From NCBI GenBank assembly GCA_965248195.1, contig CBDFIQ010000002.1, positions 2,624,001 through 2,688,000 of the forward strand: a stretch of DNA of 64,000 nt. Reading direction: 5' to 3'. The first letter of the stretch is position 1. The number at the start of each line of letters is the position of its first letter. Made by a program: the position numbers and the translations under genes. The notes beneath the pieces are model-generated. The model searched no databases, was not told the origin of the DNA, and was given only the letters and a program-made list of their open reading frames with translations. This stretch comes from Longimicrobiales bacterium (lineage in GTDB: Bacteria; Gemmatimonadota; Gemmatimonadetes; Longimicrobiales; Gaopeijiaceae). This document shows, piece by piece, positions 48,086 to 57,227 of this stretch.

Positions 48086-49204
48086 ATGACGGCGTCGCCA
48101 ACGCTGAGCACATCAACTGGTTTTCAGGGGCGAACAGTCCTGCTCACCGGCCACACTGGCTTCAAGGGTTCGTGGCTCGCCGCATGGCTCGTAGAGCTCG
48201 GTGCCAAAGTCGTTGGAGTCGCTCGCGATGTCCCCACCCAACCGTCGCATTTCGAGGCGGCGAGGCTGTCGAACGTTCTGACCGACCTCCGACTCGATCT
48301 CAGAAATCCAGAGGCGATCGACAAAGCCGTGAGGGAAGTCGAGCCGGACTTCGTGTTCCACCTTGCCGCCCAGGCCCTGGTCCGCCGAGCGTACTCGGAT
48401 CCCATAGAGACATATGCCACGAACGTCATGGGCACCATCCACCTCCTAGAGTCACTCAGAAAGTTGAAAAAACCGTGCGTTGCCGTATTGATCACTAGCG
48501 ACAAGTGCTACGACAACGTGGAGTGGTCCTGGGGGTACCGTGAAACCGACCGACTCGGGGGATCCGATCCCTACAGCGGCTCAAAAGGAGCTGCAGAGCT
48601 GGCGATTCGCTCCCATGTTCGCTCATTTTTCAGCGATGATTCCTGTCCCGTGCGCCTTGCGGTTGGCCGAGCCGGAAACGTGATCGGAGGCGGAGATTGG
48701 GCGGCCGATCGCATCGTGCCGGATTGTGTACGGTGCTGGTCGGCGGACGAGGTTGTCCCACTACGCAACCCCACGTCCACCCGACCCTGGCAACACGTCC
48801 TGGAGCCGTTAGGCGGGTATCTCACCCTCGCCTCGGCGCTTAGCGAAAGCCGGGAGCTTCACGGGGAGGCCTTCAACTTTGGTCCCGCCTCCGCGGAGGA
48901 CCATACCGTGACGGATTTGGTCCAGCAGATGGGCGAGCATTGGGATTCGGTGCGTTGGGAAGACGCTTCGAAACCGGAGGATGGTCAACACGAAGCCGGA
49001 TTATTGAAGCTGAATTGTGACAAGGCGCTCCATCGGCTCGGATGGCACGCGGTGCTGGGTTTCGCAGACACGGTTCGATTCACGGCCGAGTGGTACGGAC
49101 GATACTACGAGGATCCGCTGAACTCTCACTGGGAACTGACGCGATCGCAAATCGTCGAGTATATGGAGCTCGCGAAGCGCCAGGGCCTCGCGTGGGCGGG
49201 ATGA
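48086..49204 (+). CDS. rfbG: CDP-glucose 4,6-dehydratase
   Basis: TGHTGFKGSWL, HLAAQALV, TSDKCY, DPYSGSKG, RAGNVIGGGDW and RPWQHVLEPL. Confidence 0.95.
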   Translation: MTASPTLSTSTGFQGRTVLLTGHTGFKGSWLAAWLVELGAKVVGVARDVPTQPSHFEAARLSNVLTDLRLDLRNPEAIDKAVREVEPDFVFHLAAQALVRRAYSDPIETYATNVMGTIHLLESLRKLKKPCVAVLITSDKCYDNVEWSWGYRETDRLGGSDPYSGSKGAAELAIRSHVRSFFSDDSCPVRLAVGRAGNVIGGGDWAADRIVPDCVRCWSADEVVPLRNPTSTRPWQHVLEPLGGYLTLASALSESRELHGEAFNFGPASAEDHTVTDLVQQMGEHWDSVRWEDASKPEDGQHEAGLLKLNCDKALHRLGWHAVLGFADTVRFTAEWYGRYYEDPLNSHWELTRSQIVEYMELAKRQGLAWAG

Positions 49205-49629
49205 CATTGGAACAGGTTCGACTGGTGTCCCTGCCCCGCATCCCGAGCGCAGGGGGTGAGGTGTTACGGGCCCTCAGATGTACGGACGACGAATTCGTGG
49301 GATTTGGAGAAGCGTATTTTTCCATTGTGCGCCAGGCAGCGGTAAAGGCATGGAAACAACATCAGCGGATGACCTCGAATCTGGTCGTGCCGTACGGCCG
49401 GGTGCGCTTCGTCTTCTACACTCCCGACGCCGGATCGGAATTTCTCGTCCATGAGGTCGGCGAGGGCAACTACGGGCGACTCACGGTACCTTCAGGGATC
49501 TGGTTCGGTTTCCAGGGCCTCGCCGAACCACACAGCATAGTGCTGAACGTGGCCGATCTCGTTCACGATCCCGACGAATGTCTGACCAAGGAAAGAGACG
49601 CAATTCCCTTTGACTGGCCGGAGTCGTAG
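49201..49629 (+). CDS. RmlC-like cupin nucleotide-sugar epimerase
   Basis: GFGEAYFS, VKAWKQH..MT.NL.VP.G, RLTVPSGIWFGFQG and HDPDE. Confidence 0.85.
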   Translation: MTLEQVRLVSLPRIPSAGGEVLRALRCTDDEFVGFGEAYFSIVRQAAVKAWKQHQRMTSNLVVPYGRVRFVFYTPDAGSEFLVHEVGEGNYGRLTVPSGIWFGFQGLAEPHSIVLNVADLVHDPDECLTKERDAIPFDWPES

Positions 49630-49634
49630 CTGAC

Positions 49635-50399
49635 ATGAACGTAATTATCCTCGCCGGTGGCCTTGGCACACGACTCTCGGAGTACACCGAATCGCTTCCA
49701 AAGCCGATGGTGCCCATAGGGGGACGACCGATGCTGTGGCACATGATGAACACCTACGCACGTTACGACCACAAGGATTTTTACGTTGCGTTGGGCTTCA
49801 AGGGCGAGCTGATCAAGGAGTACTTTACGAACTACCGCACCCTCAACTCGAATTTCACGGTGGATCTCGGTAGTGGAGCGGTGGCCCCCCACGAGACTGA
49901 CGGCGTGGATTGGCGCGTTACCCTGGTCGATACGGGTGCAGCGACTATGACGGGCGGACGTGTGAAGAGGATGCGGGAGTACGTCGGGGACGAGACTTGC
50001 CTCGTGACCTACGGCGACGGCGTCGCGAACCTCGACTTGGATCGCCTCTTGGATTTCCACAGAAGCCATGGCAAGCTTGCCACCATCACCGCCGTACGTC
50101 CTGGAGCGCGCTTTGGAGAACTCGACCTGGACGAAGAACGCGTGGTCTCGTTTCGAGAAAAGCCCCAGCTGGGTCAAGGGTGGATCAACGGCGGTTACTT
50201 CGTCCTCGAGCCCGCCTTTTTCGACCTGATCCAAGGAGACGCTACACTACTCGAAAGGGAGCCCCTGGAGCAGGCGTCCAGCTCTGGAGAGTTGATGGCC
50301 TTCCGCCACGAGGGCTTCTGGCAGTGTATGGATACGAAACGAGATCGAGACCTCCTGGAGTCGTTGTGGGGCTCAGGTGATCCCCCCTGGCAGAAGTAG
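49635..50399 (+). CDS. rfbF: Glucose-1-phosphate cytidylyltransferase
   Basis: LAGGLGTRLSEYT..PKPMV, VDTG..TMTGGR, TYGDG and GFWQCMDT.RD. Confidence 0.95.
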   Translation: MNVIILAGGLGTRLSEYTESLPKPMVPIGGRPMLWHMMNTYARYDHKDFYVALGFKGELIKEYFTNYRTLNSNFTVDLGSGAVAPHETDGVDWRVTLVDTGAATMTGGRVKRMREYVGDETCLVTYGDGVANLDLDRLLDFHRSHGKLATITAVRPGARFGELDLDEERVVSFREKPQLGQGWINGGYFVLEPAFFDLIQGDATLLEREPLEQASSSGELMAFRHEGFWQCMDTKRDRDLLESLWGSGDPPWQK

Positions 50400-50422
50400 T
50401 CTTCGGTGGGTATCCCGATTCC

Positions 50423-51376
50423 ATGAATGTCTTGATTACCGGTGGATTCGGATTCGTGGGTGGCAGGCTCGCGACCGCACTGTCCAGTCGGCTGGACGCC
50501 CGTGTGTTGCTTGGCTCCAGAGCCGTGCGGAAGGCGCCTTCCTGGCTACCCGAAGCGATTCCCGTCCAAACCGATTGGGGGTCCACGGAGAAGCTCGACG
50601 AGGCCCTCCGAGGAATCGATCTCGTGGTGCATTTGGCAACGATGAATGCGGCCGGGGCCGCGCGTGACCCGGAGAAGGCGGTGACTGCGAGCCAGGACCG
50701 GACCGCCCGTCTCTTGGAAGCGGCCAGGAGACAAAGGGTGGCACGCTTCATCTACCTCTCCACGGCACACGTCTACGGCCAGTTGTGCGGAAGGATCGAT
50801 GAGGAGATGACTCCACAACCTCGACACCCCTACGCCGAGAGCCATCGGGTGGCCGAATCCGCCGTCCTCGCGTCTGCTCCGGAAGGGGGGGCCACAGGAG
50901 TCGTTCTCAGACCGTCCAACGCCTTCGGAGCCCCAGTGAAGCCGGACACGGATTGCTGGACACTGGTGGTCAACGACCTCTGTCGTCAGGCCGTGACCAC
51001 AGGGGAGCTTCGACTTCACTCCCCTCGCGTGCAGCGACGAGATTTCATCACGATGACCGACTTGTGTCGCGCTGTGTTACACGTGATCGAAACACCCGAC
51101 GAGGCCTTGGGAGACGGCATCCTCAACGTGGGCGGCGATTGGGCACCGACCATACTAGAGATGGCCGTGCGCATCCAGAGATGTTGCGCAGCTGTGCTCG
51201 GAGCGGAGCCCGACATAGTCACAAGCGTGGCGGATCCGGACGAGATTCCTCCTCCTCTCGAGTTCTGCATCGACAAGATCCGGGGAACCGGCTTCGAGCT
51301 CGATCAGAACTGGGACGGAGAGCTGCAGGAGTTGCTGCTCTTCTGTCGGGCCCACTTCGGCGCCATGCCGCTATGA
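50423..51376 (+). CDS. NAD-dependent epimerase/dehydratase (SDR), probable 4-keto reductase
   Basis: TGGFGFVG, STAHVYG, HPYAESH and RDFI. Confidence 0.85.
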   Translation: MNVLITGGFGFVGGRLATALSSRLDARVLLGSRAVRKAPSWLPEAIPVQTDWGSTEKLDEALRGIDLVVHLATMNAAGAARDPEKAVTASQDRTARLLEAARRQRVARFIYLSTAHVYGQLCGRIDEEMTPQPRHPYAESHRVAESAVLASAPEGGATGVVLRPSNAFGAPVKPDTDCWTLVVNDLCRQAVTTGELRLHSPRVQRRDFITMTDLCRAVLHVIETPDEALGDGILNVGGDWAPTILEMAVRIQRCCAAVLGAEPDIVTSVADPDEIPPPLEFCIDKIRGTGFELDQNWDGELQELLLFCRAHFGAMPL

Positions 51377-52059
51377 TGGAGTGGCCGGACCCGAATCCGA
51401 GAACCGGCCAGAGCTTTGCCGAGGACTCCCCGGTCGGAGATCGGTGGCAGACCCGTCTCAAGAAACTACTCTATCCGATCGTTCTCCCTATTCGCACTCG
51501 ATTCGTGGGGCTACGGCGAGCACTTGACTGTTTGAGGACACCTATATTCTCGGACTTCAGGGGATCGGAGTTCGACTATGTCGTCTCAAGGCTTGGGAAA
51601 TCCCGAATCGAGACGGGTACAATCCTGATACAGGTGTATGGGACATTCGGCGGCGATCATTTCAGCGATCTCCGTGGCGGCTTGGAGCACGGCTATAACC
51701 ACCTTCTTCTGGACTCAAACGCCTACGGGGAGTTCGTAGACCACATGACGATACCGGGAATCGACGTCGTTGACGGATCTCTGAAGGACGGACGCCTTTA
51801 CATCGATCTGGACTTGTTCAGTCACCTGGGGTGGCGCGACTATCATCGGATGTTCAGCGAGGTGCTGCACCTGGATCTATTCACCACGCACCTAGACCCT
51901 GAGTCAGTAAAGTTCAGGGACCAATTCCCAAAAAAATGGTCGGCCCTACTCGAAAAGGGATATGCGGAAGAGGATCTGCTTGTCTCCACAGTAGTGGTGC
52001 TCGGTCGGTTCAAGAGTACTCCTACCCAGCCAGCTGTTGCAGAATCGACTCTCTCGTGA
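51373..52059 (+). CDS. Methyltransferase-like protein apparently lacking its SAM-binding core
   Basis: ATGA-coupled to the SDR gene. GTILIQ runs straight into VYGTFGGDHFS with no Gly-rich motif I or LKPGG. Confidence 0.45.
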   Translation: MMEWPDPNPRTGQSFAEDSPVGDRWQTRLKKLLYPIVLPIRTRFVGLRRALDCLRTPIFSDFRGSEFDYVVSRLGKSRIETGTILIQVYGTFGGDHFSDLRGGLEHGYNHLLLDSNAYGEFVDHMTIPGIDVVDGSLKDGRLYIDLDLFSHLGWRDYHRMFSEVLHLDLFTTHLDPESVKFRDQFPKKWSALLEKGYAEEDLLVSTVVVLGRFKSTPTQPAVAESTLS

Positions 52060-52105
52060 AGATCATGGGACCCTGGCTTCTCGAGATAAGGTGTTGAGTT
52101 CGAAC

Positions 52106-52945
52106 ATGGCCTCCGTTCAGTCCCCCGTTCGACGGATGCTGAAGCCGCTCCTTTTCAGGCTCTTGGGGCGCCGCGGCTACTTCCACATGCAGGTCTACGC
52201 CAAGGCGAAGGACATTCGGGAGAGACTCGTCGAGGAGAAGGAGATGGCTCTCCTCCCCCGACTGATCGACGAGGGTGACCACGTCTTGGACATCGGGGCG
52301 AACTTCGCCTACTACAGCACGAGACTCTCAGCCTTGGTGGGAGGGGCAGGCAAGGTTACCGCGTTTGAGCCGATCCCGTTCACGCACGACGTCTGCTTTG
52401 CCCTCCTGAAGAAGTTGGGTGCCACGAACGTCGCACTCTTCCAGAAGGGGGTCGGCGCGCGCGACGACCAGGTGGAGTTCAGTGTTCCACTTCAGGACTT
52501 CGGAGCGATGAGCGCCGGCCAGGCACACATGGCGGAGCGGAACAATGAGCTCGAGGGGAAGGAGAACTACTATTCGTTCAACCGCGCTACCGAGTTCACT
52601 TGCCATGTCGTCGCGTTGGACGACTTTTTGACGCTCGACGAACGTCCTCTTTCTTTCGTGAAGATCGACATCGAGGGGGCGGAATTTTACGCCCTCCAGG
52701 GCATGCGCCGACTGTTGGAGGAGCACCGCCCTGTCGTGCTGATCGAGATTCAGCCCTTCTTCCTGGAGGGGTTCGGGATCGAGGAGTCCGCGCTCGTCAA
52801 ACTCATCGACCATCTCGGATACGATCTGTACCTTTACAACAAGGGCAGTGGGAAGCTCCGTCGCCACCTTGCTGCCCTCATCGATAGCAATTACTTGATG
52901 ATTCACCGGGACAGGATCGCCGAATTCGAGGACATCCTGGACTGA
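52106..52945 (+). CDS. FkbM-family methyltransferase
   Basis: VLDIGAN, AFEP and FVKIDIEGAE. Start is uncertain. Confidence 0.92.
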   Translation: MASVQSPVRRMLKPLLFRLLGRRGYFHMQVYAKAKDIRERLVEEKEMALLPRLIDEGDHVLDIGANFAYYSTRLSALVGGAGKVTAFEPIPFTHDVCFALLKKLGATNVALFQKGVGARDDQVEFSVPLQDFGAMSAGQAHMAERNNELEGKENYYSFNRATEFTCHVVALDDFLTLDERPLSFVKIDIEGAEFYALQGMRRLLEEHRPVVLIEIQPFFLEGFGIEESALVKLIDHLGYDLYLYNKGSGKLRRHLAALIDSNYLMIHRDRIAEFEDILD

Positions 52946-52955
52946 GCGCTACGAG

Positions 52956-53912
52956 GTGAGACCAGTGGACTACATCGCGGAGCTCCGTTCGATCTTCTCC
53001 CTGCCCGACCTCTACGAGGCTCACGAGGAGTGCGTGCCCGTAATGGACGCGATGGCGCGTGATCGAGCGTTCTTCTTCGGCGTCATCCGGAAGTGCCTCT
53101 CCGACCCCGAGTACCTCGATCGAATCAGGCACTACCCGACGCTTGCATTCCCCATCGAGGAGAACGAGGACTTCACGCTCGTCGCGAACGTCTTCCTTCC
53201 TCTACCCGACGGGAACCGGGACCTGTCCTTCCAGAGCATCCATCACCACGGCCAGCTCCTCCTGACCACCATATCGGCGTTCGGGGCCGGCTACGACTCG
53301 ATCATTTTCAAGCCCGGCTATTCGATCGATACAGAGACCGGGCTCACGAACATGCAGATGGATCGTGTCTACCAAAACGACCTCCACAATCTGGCGTTCG
53401 TCGACAAGCTCACCCCTCACATCGTGTTCTACCCGGAGGCCGCGTCCATCACCTTCGCGCTCTGGAGCCGAGAAAGGCACGAAGCGCTCGACAAGATGAG
53501 GAAGATGAAGGTGCTCCAGAGCGTGAAAAGGCCGCTCAAGCGGATCATCAAGATGGCAGGCCTGAACGCGGCGGTCGGGCTCAACCAGATCGACTACAAC
53601 GATTTCTACCCACAGGGGGGCAAGATCTGGGGCCTGAAGGAACGGCTCGGATACCCCGAAGGAAGGAACGACAACTGGCTGCAGAACGTGTTCTCGGTGG
53701 TCGAGCAATACGGCTTCGACGATATGGACTTCATACGGCAGTTGATAGCCGACTGCGAAGCACGCGGTCAAACAGCGCCAATTCCGTGGCTGGACCGGCT
53801 CCTCGCTGGGGAGACCATCGACCTGGAGTTCGAGCCAAGCCACCTGAACGTGGACAAGGTGAACCTCAGCAAGCGCGAGATCCTCGCGGTCTACGGCCAG
53901 GAAGCGGATTGA
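52956..53912 (+). CDS. Hypothetical protein with a possible cupin (cysteine-dioxygenase-like) metal site
   Basis: 318-aa ORF with host-like codon usage; SIHHHG...TPHIVF pattern. Confidence 0.6.
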   Translation: MRPVDYIAELRSIFSLPDLYEAHEECVPVMDAMARDRAFFFGVIRKCLSDPEYLDRIRHYPTLAFPIEENEDFTLVANVFLPLPDGNRDLSFQSIHHHGQLLLTTISAFGAGYDSIIFKPGYSIDTETGLTNMQMDRVYQNDLHNLAFVDKLTPHIVFYPEAASITFALWSRERHEALDKMRKMKVLQSVKRPLKRIIKMAGLNAAVGLNQIDYNDFYPQGGKIWGLKERLGYPEGRNDNWLQNVFSVVEQYGFDDMDFIRQLIADCEARGQTAPIPWLDRLLAGETIDLEFEPSHLNVDKVNLSKREILAVYGQEAD

Positions 53913-53960
53913 GCCGGGGCCGACGTCCGCCCCGCTTCCTCATTTGAGGGGCGCCCAGCC

Positions 53961-55183
53961 TTGAAGACGGTCCTGTACATCTCCTACGATGGGATGACCG
54001 ACCCGCTCGGGCAGTCGCAGGTGATTCCATATCTCACGGGCCTGGCGAAGCGGGGTCATCACATCACCGTGCTCAGCTGTGAGAAGCGACACCACTTCGC
54101 CCTCCTGCGCGAGCGTTGCGAGAGACTCTTCGCGGACTGCGGAATCGAATGGCATCACGTGCGCTACTCCAAGCGGCCTCCCGTGCTGTCGACCTACGTC
54201 GACCTCGCCCGCATGCGACGCCTCGGCAAGAGGTTCTCCGCGGGGCGGCGGTTCGACATCGTACATTGCCGGACGATCCTTTCCACGCTCGTCGGCCATT
54301 CGCTGGCGCGCCGACTGGGCGCCAAGCTGATCTTCGACATGCGGGGTTTCTGGGCCGACGAGCGCGTGGAGGGCTCACTGTGGAGTCTGTCCAACCCGAT
54401 CTACCGGGGCCTATACGAGTACTTCAAGCGGAAGGAGCGTCGGTTCTTTCGTGAAGCCGACCTGGTCATAACCCTCACGCGGCGCGCCAGAGAGTTCATC
54501 CAGTCGCTGGGTCGCGGCCCCGGGGACGTTGCGGAGATTGCCGTGGTGCCCTGCTGCGTCGACATGGATCACTTTTCACCTGAGTCCCTTGACCGAGAGA
54601 TCGTGTCGAGGCATCGGCGGGAGTTGGGGCTCACGAACGACACGTTCGTACTCGCGTACCTGGGCTCTCTCGGGACGCGGTACATGCTGAGGGAGATGAT
54701 CGGCTTCTTTGCCGTGGTTCGGCGTGAGGATCGGGAGGCTCGACTCCTCATCGTGACTCGGGACGATCCCGCGCTCATACATTCGGCCGCATCGGACGCC
54801 GAGGTCGATCCGTCGGCCATTTCCATCGTGTCGAGCACCTACGAGGAGATGCCCAACCTCATCGCACTCGCCGACGCCTCGATCTTCTTCATCAAGACCG
54901 GGGTGAGCGGCAAGGCGGTGTCGCCGACCAAACAAGCGGAGCTGTTGGCCATGGGCGTCCGTGTCGTATGCAATTCCGGGATCGGTGACTGCGATGAAAT
55001 CCTCGAGGAACGGGCGCCGGAATCGTCGTCGACCGAATGACGGAGGAGGCGTTTCTCGACGCGGCCGCACGGCTGCTGGCTCGGGACGGACTCTCCGGCG
55101 ACGAGATCCGGCAGGTGGCGCTCGACAGATTATCCCTCGAGAGCGGGATCGCGCGATATCATGATGCGTGGGAGTCGCTCTGA
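53961..55183 (+). pseudogene. GT4 glycosyltransferase with a frameshift near 55007
   Basis: YISYDGMTDPLGQSQV, FDMRGFWADER and SPTK.AE. A shifted frame continues GTGAGIVVD...SLESGIARYHDAWESL to TGA at 55181-55183, overlapping the next ATG. Confidence 0.85.
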
Positions 55184-56091
55184 TGATCGAATACGCCAGC
55201 GCTCCCGATGGCTGGATCGAGCTCTCGGGCGGGAGGGTCGCACGTTTCAACACGGGGTCGGGAGCCAACATCGATCTCGAGACTGTCGCCTCGTTCGGGG
55301 AGGAGTGGACCAAGTTCGACCGGTTTTCGGACTCGGAAATCCAACGGATTGGGGACGAATACTTCGACGTGGTGACCGCCGCGATGCTCCCCGCCGAGGC
55401 GACCGCGCTCGATCTGGGGTGTGGCGGGGGTCGCTGGTCGCGGTACGTCGCCTCGCGCTGCGCCTTCGTCGAGGCCGTCGACCCGAGCGATGCGGTCCTG
55501 GTCGCACATTCGGTGACACGCGACCTGGCGAACGTGCGCGTGACAAAGGCTTCGGTCGACACGCTTCCCTTTCCGGACGACAGCTTCGATTTCATCCTCT
55601 GTCTTGGAGCCCTTCACCACATTCCCGATACCGCTGCGGCCCTCGAGAGGGCGGTGCAGAAGCTACGCCCCGGCGGATGGATGCTGCTCTACATCTACTA
55701 CGCCCTCGAAAACCGGGGGCTGGGCTACCGGCTGCTGTTCGGAACCGCGGACCTGCTCCGCCGAGTGGTATCGAGGCTCCCTGGACCGCTCAAGCGCCTC
55801 AGTTGTGATGTCCTGGCGGTCATCGTCTACCTGCCCTTGGTCGCCCTGGCCGGCGCCGTGGGGAGGCTCCTGGGAAGCCGGGCCGCCGAGGACGTTCCCC
55901 TGCACTACTACTCCGGAAAGTCCTGGCGCGTGATGCGAAACGATGCCCTCGACCGGTTCGGCACCCCGTTGGAGCAGCGCTTCACCCGGGCGGAGATCGC
56001 CGAGATGATGACGCAGGGCGGCCTCGAGGACCTTCGCTTTTCCGATCGAATGCCCATGTGGCACGCAGTGGGCAGGAAGGGTAACGAGTGA
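55183..56091 (+). CDS. Class I SAM-dependent methyltransferase
   Basis: SFGEEW, LDLGCGGGRW, LPFPDDSFDF, GALHHIPD and LRPGG. Confidence 0.92.
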   Translation: MIEYASAPDGWIELSGGRVARFNTGSGANIDLETVASFGEEWTKFDRFSDSEIQRIGDEYFDVVTAAMLPAEATALDLGCGGGRWSRYVASRCAFVEAVDPSDAVLVAHSVTRDLANVRVTKASVDTLPFPDDSFDFILCLGALHHIPDTAAALERAVQKLRPGGWMLLYIYYALENRGLGYRLLFGTADLLRRVVSRLPGPLKRLSCDVLAVIVYLPLVALAGAVGRLLGSRAAEDVPLHYYSGKSWRVMRNDALDRFGTPLEQRFTRAEIAEMMTQGGLEDLRFSDRMPMWHAVGRKGNE

Positions 56092-57227
56092 AACGCCTGC
56101 TCGTGGTCTGTCCGCATCCGGAGAACGTTGCACCCGGTCAACGGCTCAAGTACGAGCAGTACTTCGATCATTGGAGAGCCAACGGCTACGAGGTCGTCGT
56201 CTCGCCGTTCATGACGCGAAGGTTTCAGGCCATCATCTATCAGCCCGGCCGGATCCTGGAAAAGGTCTTCTGGGTCGGCTGGGGCTACCTCAGGCGGATT
56301 CGCGATCTGTTCCGACTGCCCTTCTACGATGGTGCGTACATCTTTCTCTGGGTCACTCCCCTGGGGATTCCTCTCTTCGAAGGACTGTTCTCTTTCGCGG
56401 CGAGGCATTTCGTCTACGACATCGACGATATGGTGTTTCTGGGGCACTCTAGCGAGGCCAATCGCTTCATCCAGGTGCTGAAGGGCCGCAGGAAGATGGC
56501 CTTCCTCATGCGGAGGGCCGACCACGTCATCGTATGCACCCCACACCTCGACGCGTTTGTCCAACGCTATAACCCCAAAACCACGGACATCTCCTCCACG
56601 ATCGACACAGACCGTTACCTGCCGGTCAATCCGTACTCGAACGACGGCCGGCTCACGCTTGGCTGGAGCGGCAGCCATAGCACGGCCAAATACCTGCATC
56701 TCCTGGACGACGTCTTGAAGGAGATCGGACGCGAGATCGACTTCCGGCTGAAGGTAATCGGCGACCCGAGCTTCTCGATGGATGGTGTCGAGGTCGACGC
56801 CCAAGAATGGCGCGAGCCGACCGAGGTCCGTGACCTCCAGGAGATTGACATCGGTTTGTATCCGCTGCCGGACGAGGAGTGGGTGTTGGGGAAGAGCGGG
56901 CTCAAGGCCCTTCAGTACATGGCGCTCGGGATTCCTACGGTTGCGACGAGAATCGGGGCGAACAGCCGGATCATCCAAGACGGAGAAAACGGCTTCCTGG
57001 TCTCAGATCAGGAAGAGTGGAGGAACCGCCTTCTGTCATTGGCCTCCGATCCGGAGCTCCGAAGGCGGGTCGGGGATCGCGCGAACCGAACCGTTTCCGA
57101 GCGGTTTTCGGTGCGTGCCAACCGGGATGCGTACCTCGGGGTTCTGGACGCCGTGTTCAGCGAGTCGGAATCGTCTAGAGACCGAGCCTCTGGGGATCGA
57201 GCCTCTAGGGACCAAGCCCCCGACTGA
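56088..57227 (+). CDS. GT4 glycosyltransferase
   Basis: YDIDD, GWSGS, DIGLYPLPD..W..GKSGLKALQYMALGIP and DGENGFL. Confidence 0.93.
   Translation: MKRLLVVCPHPENVAPGQRLKYEQYFDHWRANGYEVVVSPFMTRRFQAIIYQPGRILEKVFWVGWGYLRRIRDLFRLPFYDGAYIFLWVTPLGIPLFEGLFSFAARHFVYDIDDMVFLGHSSEANRFIQVLKGRRKMAFLMRRADHVIVCTPHLDAFVQRYNPKTTDISSTIDTDRYLPVNPYSNDGRLTLGWSGSHSTAKYLHLLDDVLKEIGREIDFRLKVIGDPSFSMDGVEVDAQEWREPTEVRDLQEIDIGLYPLPDEEWVLGKSGLKALQYMALGIPTVATRIGANSRIIQDGENGFLVSDQEEWRNRLLSLASDPELRRRVGDRANRTVSERFSVRANRDAYLGVLDAVFSESESSRDRASGDRASRDQAPD
57174..57218. repeat. 15-bp tandem repeat, three copies, at the GT4 C-terminus
   Basis: TCTAGAGACCGAGCC, TCTGGGGATCGAGCC, TCTAGGGACCAAGCC (SRDRA SGDRA SRDQA). Confidence 0.8.

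Noticed and set aside
50953..51372. N-terminal 140 codons of the 368-aa ORF
   Set aside because: They overlap the SDR gene in another frame; the plausible start is the ATGA-coupled Met at 51373.
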